64,000 nt of DNA from Candidatus Poribacteria bacterium. Its GTDB lineage: Bacteria > Poribacteria > WGA-4E > WGA-3G. The stretch covers positions 7,007 through 71,006 of the forward strand of contig JAPPES010000136.1 of NCBI GenBank assembly GCA_028824125.1, in the 5' to 3' direction. Position 1 is the first letter of the stretch. Each line of letters starts with the position of its first letter. Position numbers and translations under genes: made by a program. Positions 20,759 through 30,988 of this stretch are shown here, piece by piece. The notes under the pieces were generated by a model. The model did not search any database, was not told where the DNA came from, and saw nothing but the letters and a program-made list of their open reading frames with translations.

Positions 20759-20911
20759 CTAAATCAAGATTAAGAAAATAAATCGGTCCTGTGGCGAGGT
20801 TAAGAAGAAATCAACGGTATGAATGCCATTTAGCCATTCCCCGCCTCGCCAGCAGTGGAGTCTCCGTGCCTCGTGTGGACAAAAAATTACCGAATTAATA
20901 AATTAATCTTC
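20759..20911. mobile_element. MITE-like family C (ends ctaaat(g/c)aagattaa...ttaat(c/t)ttc), carrying an internal mini-element
   Basis: Homologous element at 25916-26083 and a matching right end at about 44845-44880; imperfect TIRs. Confidence 0.6.
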
Positions 20912-20943
20912 GGACAGTTTGCGCTACAAAGACTTTACCGAGC

Positions 20944-22236
20944 TCACGTTCTAATTGTAAATTGCGATACCGATTTGAGATACCGGGTTGGCAGACGTGC
21001 CTTGACATGAACACCATCTTCAGCATATTCTGTGCCTAACACCGTCCCATGCTTATATAGCATGTCTAATGCTTTTCCCTCCGTATAAGGGATACTCAGA
21101 TCGATCATTGTACCGTGCGAAGCAAAACGCTCTGCCAACGCCTCCATTAGTGTTTCAATACCGTCTCCACGTTGTGCCGAAATCGGTATTGCCTCTGGGT
21201 AACGAGCCTTAAGAATATGTAGTAGGTCTTCCTTTTCAAGCTGGTCTATTTTATTGAACGCCATGACCATCGGAATATCAGATGCATCCAACTCCTGCAG
21301 TACCGTATCCACCGCAGCGATTTGTGCTTCTGCTTCTGGATGACTAATATCAACGACATGCAATAATAGGTCAGCTTCTGTAACCTCTTCTAATGTTGCT
21401 TTGAATGCAGCAACAAGTTGATGCGGCAATTTTTTGATAAAACCGACGGTATCGCTTAATAGAATGTTTTGATTTTCTGGTAGATTCACCCGACGCGTAG
21501 TTGAATCTAAGGTAGCAAACAGTTTATCCTCTGCTAAGACGTTTTCACCTGTTAACGTATTAAAGAGAGTTGATTTTCCAGCATTAGTATATCCGACAAG
21601 GGATACTTTGATTTTCTCTGCGCGGTTTCGCCGTTGCACTTGTCGCCGTTTTTCAACCGTTTCTAACGCTTTTTTGACTTGAGAAATTTGCCTGCGAACC
21701 CAGCGACGGTCCATTTCCAGCTGCGTTTCACCAGGACCGCGTAGTGCCCCACTACCGCTACCCCCACTGGTTGCGATCCGCGAAAGGTGTGTCCACATCC
21801 GTGTAAGTCGCGGGAGCGCATATTCCAATTGTGCTAAGGCGACTTGTAACCGCGCTTCACTGGTTAATGCGCGTTGTGCAAACACCTGCAGGATAAGTCC
21901 CGTTCTATCAACGGTCGCAATATCAAGTAGATTTTCAATATTTCGCGTTTGCGCAGGTGATAACTCCTCGTCAAAGATGATAGCATCCGCTTCAAGTTCG
22001 GCAACCACATCCTTTAGCTCTTCAACCTTACCTTCTCCGATAAAATAGGTCGGATTCGGTACATTGCGCGACTGAATTGTTTCACACACGACTTCAATCC
22101 CCGCAGTTTCGGTCAGTTGTCGAAGTTCCTGCAGTGATTCCTCTGTTTCGTGCATTAAGGTATCTCGTAGTTTTACACCAACAAGAATTGCACGAGAGGG
22201 TGGATTTGGTGCTTGTGTATCGTAAAGTTCTTGCAT
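20944..22236 (-). CDS. hflX: GTPase HflX
   Basis: GPGETQLE.DRR, VGYTNAGKSTL, LFATLD, DTVGFI and NKID. Confidence 0.97.
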   Translation of the reverse strand: MQELYDTQAPNPPSRAILVGVKLRDTLMHETEESLQELRQLTETAGIEVVCETIQSRNVPNPTYFIGEGKVEELKDVVAELEADAIIFDEELSPAQTRNIENLLDIATVDRTGLILQVFAQRALTSEARLQVALAQLEYALPRLTRMWTHLSRIATSGGSGSGALRGPGETQLEMDRRWVRRQISQVKKALETVEKRRQVQRRNRAEKIKVSLVGYTNAGKSTLFNTLTGENVLAEDKLFATLDSTTRRVNLPENQNILLSDTVGFIKKLPHQLVAAFKATLEEVTEADLLLHVVDISHPEAEAQIAAVDTVLQELDASDIPMVMAFNKIDQLEKEDLLHILKARYPEAIPISAQRGDGIETLMEALAERFASHGTMIDLSIPYTEGKALDMLYKHGTVLGTEYAEDGVHVKARLPTRYLKSVSQFTIRT

Positions 22237-22591
22237 ATCGCCCCTTTAGCAATTGTGGAATTTGACTATAGTATGTACAGTTTATCAGATTAATATGCGG
22301 TTTTCAACCAAAACTTTGCTAATTAGAATTATGAAAAAATATTGGACTCAATATACCTGATTATGCTTAAATACCCCAAGTTGCTGCGGACAAGATTTTA
22401 GGCATGTAGACACCGTTTTTACTTTACTATTGATCCAGAAGCCTATTTACTGATGTACATTAAGTTAAAAATAATTTAGTTAAGTAACCATTTTCACAAA
22501 ATAGCGTTTATAATAGTATATGAATAGGATTCCTGCGTTTTTGAACCTGGGAATCATGGAAGTTAACAGTTTGAAAAAATTCAGGTTTATC

Positions 22592-22620
22592 TTGACAACG
22601 CTTGAATTTTGTGGTATCAT
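22592..22620 (+). promoter_or_regulatory. Putative sigma70 promoter of the HU gene
   Basis: TTGACA-17 nt-TATCAT with a TG extension. Confidence 0.65.
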
Positions 22621-22811
22621 TATAAACAGAAACTATATTATGTTAACTTTTTCTTGACACTTTATACGTGTGTAAGTTTAATTGCATTTTGATGTAGTTT
22701 CTATCTAATTACCTCCAGTCCGATACCAAAACTCCTCACTTTTGTGATCCCGAATCTGAGTGTGTGAGTTGGATTGACTGAAAAAATAATTTATAATAAG
22801 GAAGTTGAATC

Positions 22812-23096
22812 ATGGCGAAGAAATTAATGAAGGATGACATCATCAATAGCGTCGTAAAAGAAACCGGTCTTAGCAAAAAAGATGCGGGAGCTGCCGTTGA
22901 AGCGTTCACTAAGACTGTGCAAGACGCCCTGAAAAAAGGAAATTCAATTGGGCTTATCGGCTTTGGAACGTTTGAAGTCAGAACCCGCGCTGCGCGAGAA
23001 GGTCGAAACCCACGAACCGGTGAACCGCTTAAGATTGCAAAGAAAAAGGTTCCTGCATTTAAAGCTGGTAAGAAACTTAAAGACGCTGTCTCCTAA
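22812..23096 (+). CDS. hup: DNA-binding protein HU
   Basis: GFGTFEV..RAAR.GRNP.TGE...I and PAFKAGK.LKDAV. Confidence 0.97.
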   Translation: MAKKLMKDDIINSVVKETGLSKKDAGAAVEAFTKTVQDALKKGNSIGLIGFGTFEVRTRAAREGRNPRTGEPLKIAKKKVPAFKAGKKLKDAVS

Positions 23097-23108
23097 ACAT
23101 AGAACTCG

Positions 23109-23176
23109 TCTAAGAGAAAAAACCGTAGAGTACACCTCATTTTGAGTAGTATTTCTACGGTTTTTCTTTTCTTAGA
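23109..23176 (+). terminator. Long hairpin/terminator after HU
   Basis: Inverted repeat tctaagagaaaaaaccgtaga...tctacggtttttcttttcttaga. Confidence 0.7.
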
Positions 23177-23400
23177 AACATTATCTATCTTCCAACATTT
23201 TCCAATTCCTACTCATCCGTGATAAGACGTGTTCTGGACGTACTTTCTTTAAATTCTCCAGAAAAATTAACTGGAAAATACGCTAATACTATGCTATTAT
23301 TATAGGTGATATGTGACTCCAATTTATTATAGCTGAGTGTTCAGTAATATATTGGAGGCAAGAGATATGATAGTAAAGAGTTGATTTCAGGAGAACTTTG

Positions 23401-24453
23401 ATGTTAATCAGGACCAGAGCACCTGTTAGAATCGATTTCGCTGGTGGTTGGAGTGATGTCGCCCTTTTCACAGAAGAGTCCAAGGGACTTGTTGTCAATG
23501 GCGCCATCAATCGATATGCCTATGCAACGCTTGTTTGCGAAAGCCAAACAAATTTCGCTGACTCGGTTGAACTGCAACGCGTTCTGGATAAAAAGATTCG
23601 CATCTATTCCGCTGACTTTGATACATTTGTTGAGGCTGAAGATGTGCGGCAACTTGAATACGATGGTAACATTGACCTCGTAAAAGCAGCTGTCCGTCAA
23701 ATGTCTATCCAAATCGGAGGTTTTGATCTGATCACGCAGTCAAACGCGCCGCCCGGGAGTGGTCTTGGCACCTCCGCAGCAATGGGTGTAACGTTAATCG
23801 GAGTGCTTGGCGCGCTTAAGGATGTGACGTATCTTCCCTATCAGTATGCCGAACTTGCCAGCAGTATTGAACGTCATGAACTGGGTATCCTGGGTGGTAA
23901 GCAGGACCATTATGCAAGTGCTGTTGGTGGTATTCGTTTTATGGAATTTCAGGGCGAAGAGGTAAAAACCTCACCTTTAAAACTGCCGCCGCATATTCGT
24001 TATGAGCTGGAAAAAAATCTTGTACTTTGCTACACCGGACAGCCTCGTCTCTCAGGTAATATTCATCAAAATGTAACGCAAGCATATAAAAGCGGTGAAC
24101 CGGGTGTTCGGAAAGCCTTAGAAAACCTAAAAGCAATTGCTGAGTCTACCAAAACTGCTTTAATTCGGGGGCGTTTAACAGATTTCGGTGAACTCTTAAC
24201 TGAAAATTGGGAAAATCAGAAAAAACTACACTCATCTGTAACAAATGAACAGATAGATAAACTTTTTTACATCGCAAATGAACATGGTGCTATCGGTGGC
24301 AAAGCGTGTGGTGCAGGCGGTGGTGGTTGTCTCCTCTTTTACTGTCAACCGACACGGGAGCATAGCGTGCGACAAAAACTTGAAGAAGCAGGGACTCAAG
24401 TTATTGACTTTAACTTTGATTCTGATGGGCTTCAAGTATGGAGAGCAGAATAG
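23401..24453 (+). CDS. GHMP sugar kinase (HddA/fucokinase-like)
   Basis: RAPVRIDFAGG..D, PPGSGLGTS, GGKQD.YA and GAGGGG. Confidence 0.88.
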   Translation: MLIRTRAPVRIDFAGGWSDVALFTEESKGLVVNGAINRYAYATLVCESQTNFADSVELQRVLDKKIRIYSADFDTFVEAEDVRQLEYDGNIDLVKAAVRQMSIQIGGFDLITQSNAPPGSGLGTSAAMGVTLIGVLGALKDVTYLPYQYAELASSIERHELGILGGKQDHYASAVGGIRFMEFQGEEVKTSPLKLPPHIRYELEKNLVLCYTGQPRLSGNIHQNVTQAYKSGEPGVRKALENLKAIAESTKTALIRGRLTDFGELLTENWENQKKLHSSVTNEQIDKLFYIANEHGAIGGKACGAGGGGCLLFYCQPTREHSVRQKLEEAGTQVIDFNFDSDGLQVWRAE

Positions 24454-24572
24454 GTATACAAGACTGCAGACTCACCGCCCCTACTAAATTATCTGGCACA
24501 TTCTGTGTGCCGTTTCTATTATCAATTTCGTAAATAAAAAGCATCCTCAATATACGACGGAAAGGAAGATTC

Positions 24573-25586
24573 ATGGAAACTACCCCAATTGAAACTGATT
24601 TGGAAGCTGCCGAGTTTTTAAATACGGCTCGTGAAAACATTTTGACTGAACTGAAAAAGCGAATAGTAGGACAAAGTAATGTGATTGATCAACTTCTAAT
24701 TGCCCTCTTTTCACAAGGACATTGCCTACTCGTTGGGGTACCAGGGTTAGCAAAGACGTTGCTTATCAGTACCTTTGCCCAAATTCTTGAACTTCCGTTC
24801 AACCGCATTCAGTTCACGCCGGACCTGATGCCTTCGGATATTATTGGAACAGATATAATTGAAGAGGAAGTGAATACAGGTAAACGTGCATTCCGTTTTA
24901 TTAAGGGGCCGGTTTTTGCCAACATTGTGCTTGCAGATGAAATTAACCGTACGCCTCCGAAAACACAAGCAGCACTTTTGCAAGCAATGCAGGAGTATAA
25001 AGTCACAGCGGGTGGTAATACATACACATTGGAGCTTCCGTTTTTTGTGTTAGCCACACAGAACCCAATTGAACAGGAAGGCACTTATCCATTGCCTGAA
25101 GCACAACTTGACCGCTTTATGTTCAATATCTATATTGATTACCCAGAGAAATCTGAGGAGAAAGAAATTGTTATGACGACTACCTCTGCTTATGATCCCG
25201 ATATAGAACCGGTTATCACAGGTGAAGAGGTGTTACGGTTACAGCAGATTGTGCGGAAGGTGCCGATTGCTGAGGCGATGGTAGATTATGCGGTTGAATT
25301 GAGTCTTAACACGCGCCCGACTCATCCCGACGCTCCCGATTTTATTAAGGATTGGGTGAATTGGGGGGCAGGGCCGCGAGCATCCCAATATCTTGTTTTA
25401 GGTGCAAAGGCGCGCGCAATTATGCACGGGCGTTACCACGTCAGTTATGAGGACATCAGAGCAGTAGCAAAACCGGTTTTGCGTCACCGAATCTTGACCA
25501 ACTTTAATGCTGAAGCGGATGGAATCAGCAGTTTAGATATTATCTCGCAGTTGTTGGAAAAAGTTGAACCGCCAGAGGTCGAGTGA
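24573..25586 (+). CDS. MoxR-family AAA+ ATPase
   Basis: GVPGLAKT, RIQFTPDLMPSD, LADEINRTPPKTQ and ATQNPIEQEGTYPLPEAQLDRF. Confidence 0.95.
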   Translation: METTPIETDLEAAEFLNTARENILTELKKRIVGQSNVIDQLLIALFSQGHCLLVGVPGLAKTLLISTFAQILELPFNRIQFTPDLMPSDIIGTDIIEEEVNTGKRAFRFIKGPVFANIVLADEINRTPPKTQAALLQAMQEYKVTAGGNTYTLELPFFVLATQNPIEQEGTYPLPEAQLDRFMFNIYIDYPEKSEEKEIVMTTTSAYDPDIEPVITGEEVLRLQQIVRKVPIAEAMVDYAVELSLNTRPTHPDAPDFIKDWVNWGAGPRASQYLVLGAKARAIMHGRYHVSYEDIRAVAKPVLRHRILTNFNAEADGISSLDIISQLLEKVEPPEVE

Positions 25587-25773
25587 GTTTTCACTTCAGA
25601 TTCACGCTGCTGTAGGTTCAGTTTCAGCCCGGGCCATAGGTATCAACTTAAGGAATTTTGATTTTTGAGTCCATCTCTTCAGTCCCGTAGGGACGCAATG
25701 TTTATAGACCTGTTATTGGCATCTACATATCGTTCCTACGGAACTCAAGAGGGTGTTGACAGCGTTTTTCTAT

Positions 25774-25897
25774 TAGGACTTACGCAGTTTCTCTTAAAGT
25801 CCCCTTGATAAGGGGGATTTAGGGGGTTAAATCACTGAAATAACGGCTTTTTAATCCCCCTAACCTCCCTTATCAAGAGGGGAATGCGTAAGTCCTG
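25774..25897 (-). mobile_element. MITE family A, copy 2 (inverted, nested in a REP-like unit)
   Basis: Ends taggacttacgca and tgcgtaagtcctg; 5-bp TSD tctat at 25769-25773 and 25898-25902. Confidence 0.85.
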
Positions 25898-25915
25898 TCT
25901 ATAAACATATTGTCC

Positions 25916-26083
25916 CTAATGAAGATTAAAAAATAAATTGGGTAATTTGGCGAGGTTAGGAAGAAATCAACGGTATGAATGCCATACGTGCATTCGTCTT
26001 TAGGCATTCCCCGCCTTGCCAGCAGAGGTGTACACTTGCATTGGACAGAAAATTACCGAATGAATAAATTAATTTTCATTTAG
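25916..26083. mobile_element. MITE-like family C, copy 2
   Basis: Imperfect TIRs atgaagattaa...ggtaattt and aaattacc...ttaattttcat; homologous to 20759-20911. Confidence 0.6.
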
Positions 26084-26408
26084 ATTGCGCTACGGCATCT
26101 TCCGAAAAATGGATCATTCTCTATAAAAAACAGTGTTTGCAGGCCTAAAATCTTATAGGTAGCAATTTGAGTTATATTAAGGCAATAGACAGAATATATT
26201 TCCGCAATAACTGATTTTTTAACTTGCATGCATTTGCGAAGTATGTTAAACTAATGGCAATTGTCAAAGTTGAGTCAATTTTTTAGCAAATCTGCCAAAA
26301 ATCAAGAATTATGATATTTGGTAACATAGACGGTAAATTCGCAAATTAGTTAGAAATGTGGTAAACTCTATCGTAAAGTCACCCTTTTTGTCTGAGGAGA
26401 CGTTCAAA

Positions 26409-28307
26409 ATGGACGATAAAGAGAAATATAGCAACGAAAAAGAAAAGTTCGGTGAGACTGGCGGGAACCGTTACGATCATAAATCTTTTGAAGACGAGGA
26501 TGAGTTGGAACTGGATGAGGATATTGAAGATGAGGCAAGTTCCAACTATTCCCATCGATTTAGCAACTCACACCAGAACCATTATGATCGTAGGTCTTTT
26601 GAGGACGAGGATGAGTTGGAACTGGATGAGGATATTGAAGATGAGGCAAGTTCTGGCTATTCCTTGCGGCTAATCCATCATATTATCTCAGAAACACCTG
26701 TGGAAGACCGTAGACGGCGTTTTTTAATTGAATTACGTCGCTCAATCATCAATGATGAAGGCGAATTTCGGCAGAGAGTTCAAGCCATTGAACAGGAAGC
26801 TGTCCGTATACATGCTGAGATGACCGAACAAATTGATAAACTGACGGCGCCAGCAAATCGCATCGGTACACTCCTCGCGATCCCCGAAGACGACACAGCA
26901 CGCGTTACTGTTGGGGGTTCTGAATACTATGCTAATATTGACCCGCAATTAGACGCAGAAAACCTTAAAAAAGGCATGAGTGTACTTTTAAACGAAGCTT
27001 TTGTCGTTGTTGGTGAACTCGGTTATACTGAATCAGGGCCAATTGCCAAAATTGCCGATGTGCTTCCTGATGGCAGGCTTCGCGTTGGGTCTGAACCGAG
27101 TCTCCAATCTGTTATTATTGAACGTGCTACAGACTTGGCAGATGCCAAACTAAAGTCCGGTGACGAAGTCCGTCTTGATGCCAATTTAAAAGTTGCCATT
27201 GAACGGATCGCCTCAAAAGAGCAGAAAGATTATGCACTTGAAGCAGTACCGCAAATTCCATGGACGAAAGTTGGCGGGCTTGACGAAACTATTCAGCGGA
27301 TTAAGGACACTATTGAACAACCGATTTTGCACCCTGAACTCTTCAAGCGGTTTCAATATACTGTACCGAAAGGATTTCTTCTCCACGGTCCCCCCGGTTG
27401 TGGCAAAACACTTATCGGGAAAGCAACCGCTTACAACTTAACCGAACGCCTCAAAACAGAAACAGGTGCAGAGGTTGAAGGTACTTTCCTTCATATTAAG
27501 GGTCCTGAAATACTCAATATGTGGCTCGGTGAGTCGGAGCGGAAAGTCAGAGAAATCTTTCAGATGGCACGCGAGAAGCGTGATGAGGGCAAACTTGCTT
27601 TCGTCTTTATTGATGAAGCTGAATCTATTTTGGGAACTCGTCGGGCTATGCGCTCACATAGCATCTCTAATACACTGGTGCCGATGTTCTGTGCAGAAAT
27701 GGACGGAATTGAACCTTTGCAAGAGGTCGTTATCATTTTGGCTACTAATCGTCCTGACTTAATTGACCCAGCTATTCTCCGACCAGGACGGATTGATAGA
27801 AAGATCAAAGTGATACGCCCAAATAAAGAGGCTGCCAAAGATATTTTCAGCATCTATCTAACCCCGGAACTTCCGATTGAAACAGAACCTGGTGAAACTG
27901 CCGATAAAGAAATCGTTGACGGTTTAATTGTACAAGTTGTTGACGAAATGTTTCGCGAAACATCTGAAAACCGCTTCCTTGAAGTTGCTCTTCGTAGTGG
28001 TAGGCGCGACATTCTTTATCGTGGTCATCTCTGTAGTGGCGCGATTATTGAGTCTATTGTTCAGAGAGCGAAAGAATCTGCCATGAAACGGGCCATCGCA
28101 GCGCCTGAAACAGAGACAGGCATTTCGTTAGACGATCTATTAAACGCACTCAGCGCAGAATATAGCGAAAACGACATTTTCCCGCCGACCGAGGCGACTG
28201 AGGATTGGCTTAAACTTCTTGACTATGATCCCGTGAATGTTGTAAAAGTTACGCCTATTCAGGCCGAAAAGAAAGAGTCTCAAAAAACACCAAGTCCGGT
28301 GATTTAA
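26409..28307 (+). CDS. arc: Proteasome-associated AAA ATPase (ARC/Mpa family)
   Basis: Coiled coil plus OB region, LLHGPPGCGKTLI, IKGPEILN.W.GESER, FIDEAE, EMDG and ILRPGRIDRKI; heads the proteasome operon; gaggag SD before ATG 26409. Confidence 0.92.
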   Translation: MDDKEKYSNEKEKFGETGGNRYDHKSFEDEDELELDEDIEDEASSNYSHRFSNSHQNHYDRRSFEDEDELELDEDIEDEASSGYSLRLIHHIISETPVEDRRRRFLIELRRSIINDEGEFRQRVQAIEQEAVRIHAEMTEQIDKLTAPANRIGTLLAIPEDDTARVTVGGSEYYANIDPQLDAENLKKGMSVLLNEAFVVVGELGYTESGPIAKIADVLPDGRLRVGSEPSLQSVIIERATDLADAKLKSGDEVRLDANLKVAIERIASKEQKDYALEAVPQIPWTKVGGLDETIQRIKDTIEQPILHPELFKRFQYTVPKGFLLHGPPGCGKTLIGKATAYNLTERLKTETGAEVEGTFLHIKGPEILNMWLGESERKVREIFQMAREKRDEGKLAFVFIDEAESILGTRRAMRSHSISNTLVPMFCAEMDGIEPLQEVVIILATNRPDLIDPAILRPGRIDRKIKVIRPNKEAAKDIFSIYLTPELPIETEPGETADKEIVDGLIVQVVDEMFRETSENRFLEVALRSGRRDILYRGHLCSGAIIESIVQRAKESAMKRAIAAPETETGISLDDLLNALSAEYSENDIFPPTEATEDWLKLLDYDPVNVVKVTPIQAEKKESQKTPSPVI

Positions 28308-28365
28308 CGCTTACCTTCCATCGTGAAGTTAACACATATTGCCGAAACCATAGAAAGACGTAATA

Positions 28366-29883
28366 ATGCACAGACTTTTTGGAATCGAAACCGAATACGG
28401 CATTACACTCGAAAGCGCGGAACAAATTGATCCGGTCAAGGAATCCATTGAACTGATCAAGAATTATCGGCGCGACCCGTTTTTACCGCTTTGGGATTAC
28501 AACGGTGAAGACCCATTTCGCGATGAACGCGGTTTCCGAGCGAAACACCTCAATAACCATCCGGATGAAGTGGAGGAAGAAAAAAAGGATCAGGAGCGGT
28601 TTGCCAAGCAACCAGGACGTTCTTTCCGAGAGATAAAAAGTGATCGTATTCTTATTAATGGTGCGCGGCTTTACAATGACCACGCGCACCCGGAATATTC
28701 GACACCGGAGTGTCAGAATCTGTTTGATCTTGTCGCACACGATAAAGCTGGAGAGAGAATCCTCCAAAAATGTGCTGAAAGACGTAGCCAAGAACTTGGT
28801 GAACGCGTTATCTTATATAAAAACAATACCGATTTTTACGGACATAGTTACGGATGTCACGATAATTACCTTATGGCTCGCGAGGTGCCTTTTGATTACC
28901 TTAAAACTTGCATTCTTCCGTTTTTCGTTACACGCCAAATTTTCGCAGGAGCAGGTAAAATAGGCATTGAAACGGAAGCAGGGCTTGCAACGCCTGGACA
29001 TTTTCAGCTCACACAGCGTTCCGACTTTTTTCACGTTGAAGCAAGTGTAGATACAATGCACAAACGGCCTATCGTCAACACACGAGACGAACCGCATGCT
29101 GATCCCGCTACATATCGCCGGCTTCACGGTATTGTCGGGGACGCGAACATGTCTGAATATGCAACAGCACTCAAGATCGGGACAACTGCTCTTGTTATTG
29201 ACCTGATTGAACAACGGCTTGTTCCTACAGCATTCGCAATTGCAAATCCGATTGATACTATCAAAACGATTTCACATGACCAAACATACCGATGGATGCT
29301 ACAGAAAATTGACGGGAAAATGATCAGTGCGATTGACCATCAACGTGAATACCTTGCACTTGCACAAAAACATCTTGCACATCAAAATAGTGACACCGAT
29401 TGGGTCTTGACACAGTGGGAGGAGACGCTTGACGCACTTGAAAATGACCCGATGACACTTATAGATCGCCTCGATTGGGTTGCGAAAAAATGGTTGTTGG
29501 AAACTTTTGTTGAATCAGAAAATATTGAATGGGAGGATCCTTGGCTGCAAAGCATTGATTTAGAGTACCATAACATTGACCTTGAAGAGGGGTTATTCTA
29601 CGGATTACAGATGCAACGGGTTGTGACGGATGAACAGATTCGGACCGCTATACACACGCCCCCATTGGACACGCGCGCTTATTTCCGTGGCACATCCCTT
29701 AACAGATTTGAAGACGCTATAAAAACTGTCCAATGGGATAGTATCACTTTTGATATTAAAGGTAAACCCGTTACTGTTAACATGAATTCGCTCGCAAACC
29801 CTGAACTTGCGCGAAAATATAATGAAGCTCTTGACCGATCACCAAACCCACAAACCCTTGTTGAAAAACTTGGTTTACACTAA
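28366..29883 (+). CDS. dop: Dop/PafA2-like depupylase-deamidase
   Basis: GIETEYGI, NGARLYNDHAHPEYSTPE, KNNTD..G.SYGCH.NY and RPIVNTRDEPHAD...YRRLH.IVGDAN; directly upstream of ubact. Confidence 0.85.
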   Translation: MHRLFGIETEYGITLESAEQIDPVKESIELIKNYRRDPFLPLWDYNGEDPFRDERGFRAKHLNNHPDEVEEEKKDQERFAKQPGRSFREIKSDRILINGARLYNDHAHPEYSTPECQNLFDLVAHDKAGERILQKCAERRSQELGERVILYKNNTDFYGHSYGCHDNYLMAREVPFDYLKTCILPFFVTRQIFAGAGKIGIETEAGLATPGHFQLTQRSDFFHVEASVDTMHKRPIVNTRDEPHADPATYRRLHGIVGDANMSEYATALKIGTTALVIDLIEQRLVPTAFAIANPIDTIKTISHDQTYRWMLQKIDGKMISAIDHQREYLALAQKHLAHQNSDTDWVLTQWEETLDALENDPMTLIDRLDWVAKKWLLETFVESENIEWEDPWLQSIDLEYHNIDLEEGLFYGLQMQRVVTDEQIRTAIHTPPLDTRAYFRGTSLNRFEDAIKTVQWDSITFDIKGKPVTVNMNSLANPELARKYNEALDRSPNPQTLVEKLGLH

Positions 29884-29948
29884 CCCAGCTTGTTAGCGGG
29901 TTATAATCCAAAAACTGCTTTCACGAAGCAATTAAGGAGATTTTTCCG

Positions 29949-30146
29949 ATGAGAGACAAGATTGCCTATTTTCCCGAACGCAAACAGAGACCAGTAAAAC
30001 CGATGGAACCCGGTGACGGCGGAGACGATAATAACGCTCCCAAACGTCCCGACGTTAATAGACCGGACACGCAAGAACTCCTCAAACGTATGCGCCGTGT
30101 TGACAAAGACCAATCCCGGCGGTATCGTCAAAGAACGGGGGAATGA
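29949..30146 (+). CDS. ubact: UBact ubiquitin-like (Pup-analogous) modifier
   Basis: 65-aa disordered protein ending LLKRMRRVD..Q.RRYRQRTGE, matching the R[ST]G[EQ] signature; lies between dop and prcB; aggag SD. Confidence 0.93.
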   Translation: MRDKIAYFPERKQRPVKPMEPGDGGDDNNAPKRPDVNRPDTQELLKRMRRVDKDQSRRYRQRTGE

Positions 30147-30988
30147 TGAACCATAAAGGCGACTTTCTTAGCCTTTTAAAAAACGCAGACACTTTGCAAG
30201 TTGATAGTGAAACGCGTCGTGAATCTAATCCAAAAGCGTTAATTCACGATGCATTTCAGTTGCCATTCGACAGAAAAGCTTCCTACGGGACAACGTTAGA
30301 GATACCGGAAGCCACAACGGTTGTCGCTATGCGTTACAAAGAAGGCATTATTATTGCAGGCGACCGGCGTGCCACTGCTGGTACCGCCGTTGTTCATGAC
30401 CGTGCTGAGAAAGTCCTTCCTATTGACACACATTCTGTTCTTGCTATCTCTGGCGCACCAGCGATGGCTTATGAGATAGCGCGTGTCTTAAAACATTCAT
30501 TTCAATATTTTCGGCGCAGCCAACTCCAAGAACTCAGTGTCCAAGGAAAACTGCGAACGCTTTCACGGCTTATTCGTGATAATCTGCCCATGGCAATGCA
30601 AGGTATCGGTGCGGTTATCCCGATCTTTGCTTTGTACGCGCCGCAAACTGACGAATCAGAAAATGGTGGTAAAATTTTCTTCTACGATGCACTCGGTGCG
30701 CACTTTGAGAACGTGGATTTTGCAACTACTGGTTCCGGTTCAGTTTGGATACGTGGGGTGTTACGTTACCTTGACCGATGGGGTGGAACCCGTTTGGAAG
30801 AGATGGATCAACAACAAGCAACCGTTACTATTTTAAGGTTACTTGACACCGCAAGTGAATATGACGCAGCAACCAGTGGATACAACGCAAAAGCCGAAAT
30901 TTTTCCCACTCTCAAAATTATTACGCGGCAAGGGATAGAAACACTCACTGACCAATACTTATCGGAATGTTATACGGAGGTTACTTGA
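30143..30988 (+). CDS. prcB: 20S proteasome beta subunit
   Basis: Propeptide followed by TTVVA, AGDRRAT, GSGS and D.ATSG motifs. Confidence 0.92.
   Translation: MMNHKGDFLSLLKNADTLQVDSETRRESNPKALIHDAFQLPFDRKASYGTTLEIPEATTVVAMRYKEGIIIAGDRRATAGTAVVHDRAEKVLPIDTHSVLAISGAPAMAYEIARVLKHSFQYFRRSQLQELSVQGKLRTLSRLIRDNLPMAMQGIGAVIPIFALYAPQTDESENGGKIFFYDALGAHFENVDFATTGSGSVWIRGVLRYLDRWGGTRLEEMDQQQATVTILRLLDTASEYDAATSGYNAKAEIFPTLKIITRQGIETLTDQYLSECYTEVT

Noticed and set aside
24573-25586. MoxR as a component of the proteasome operon
   Set aside because: It is separated by about 800 bp of repeats and promoter-like sequence, has no VWA partner, and nothing links it functionally.
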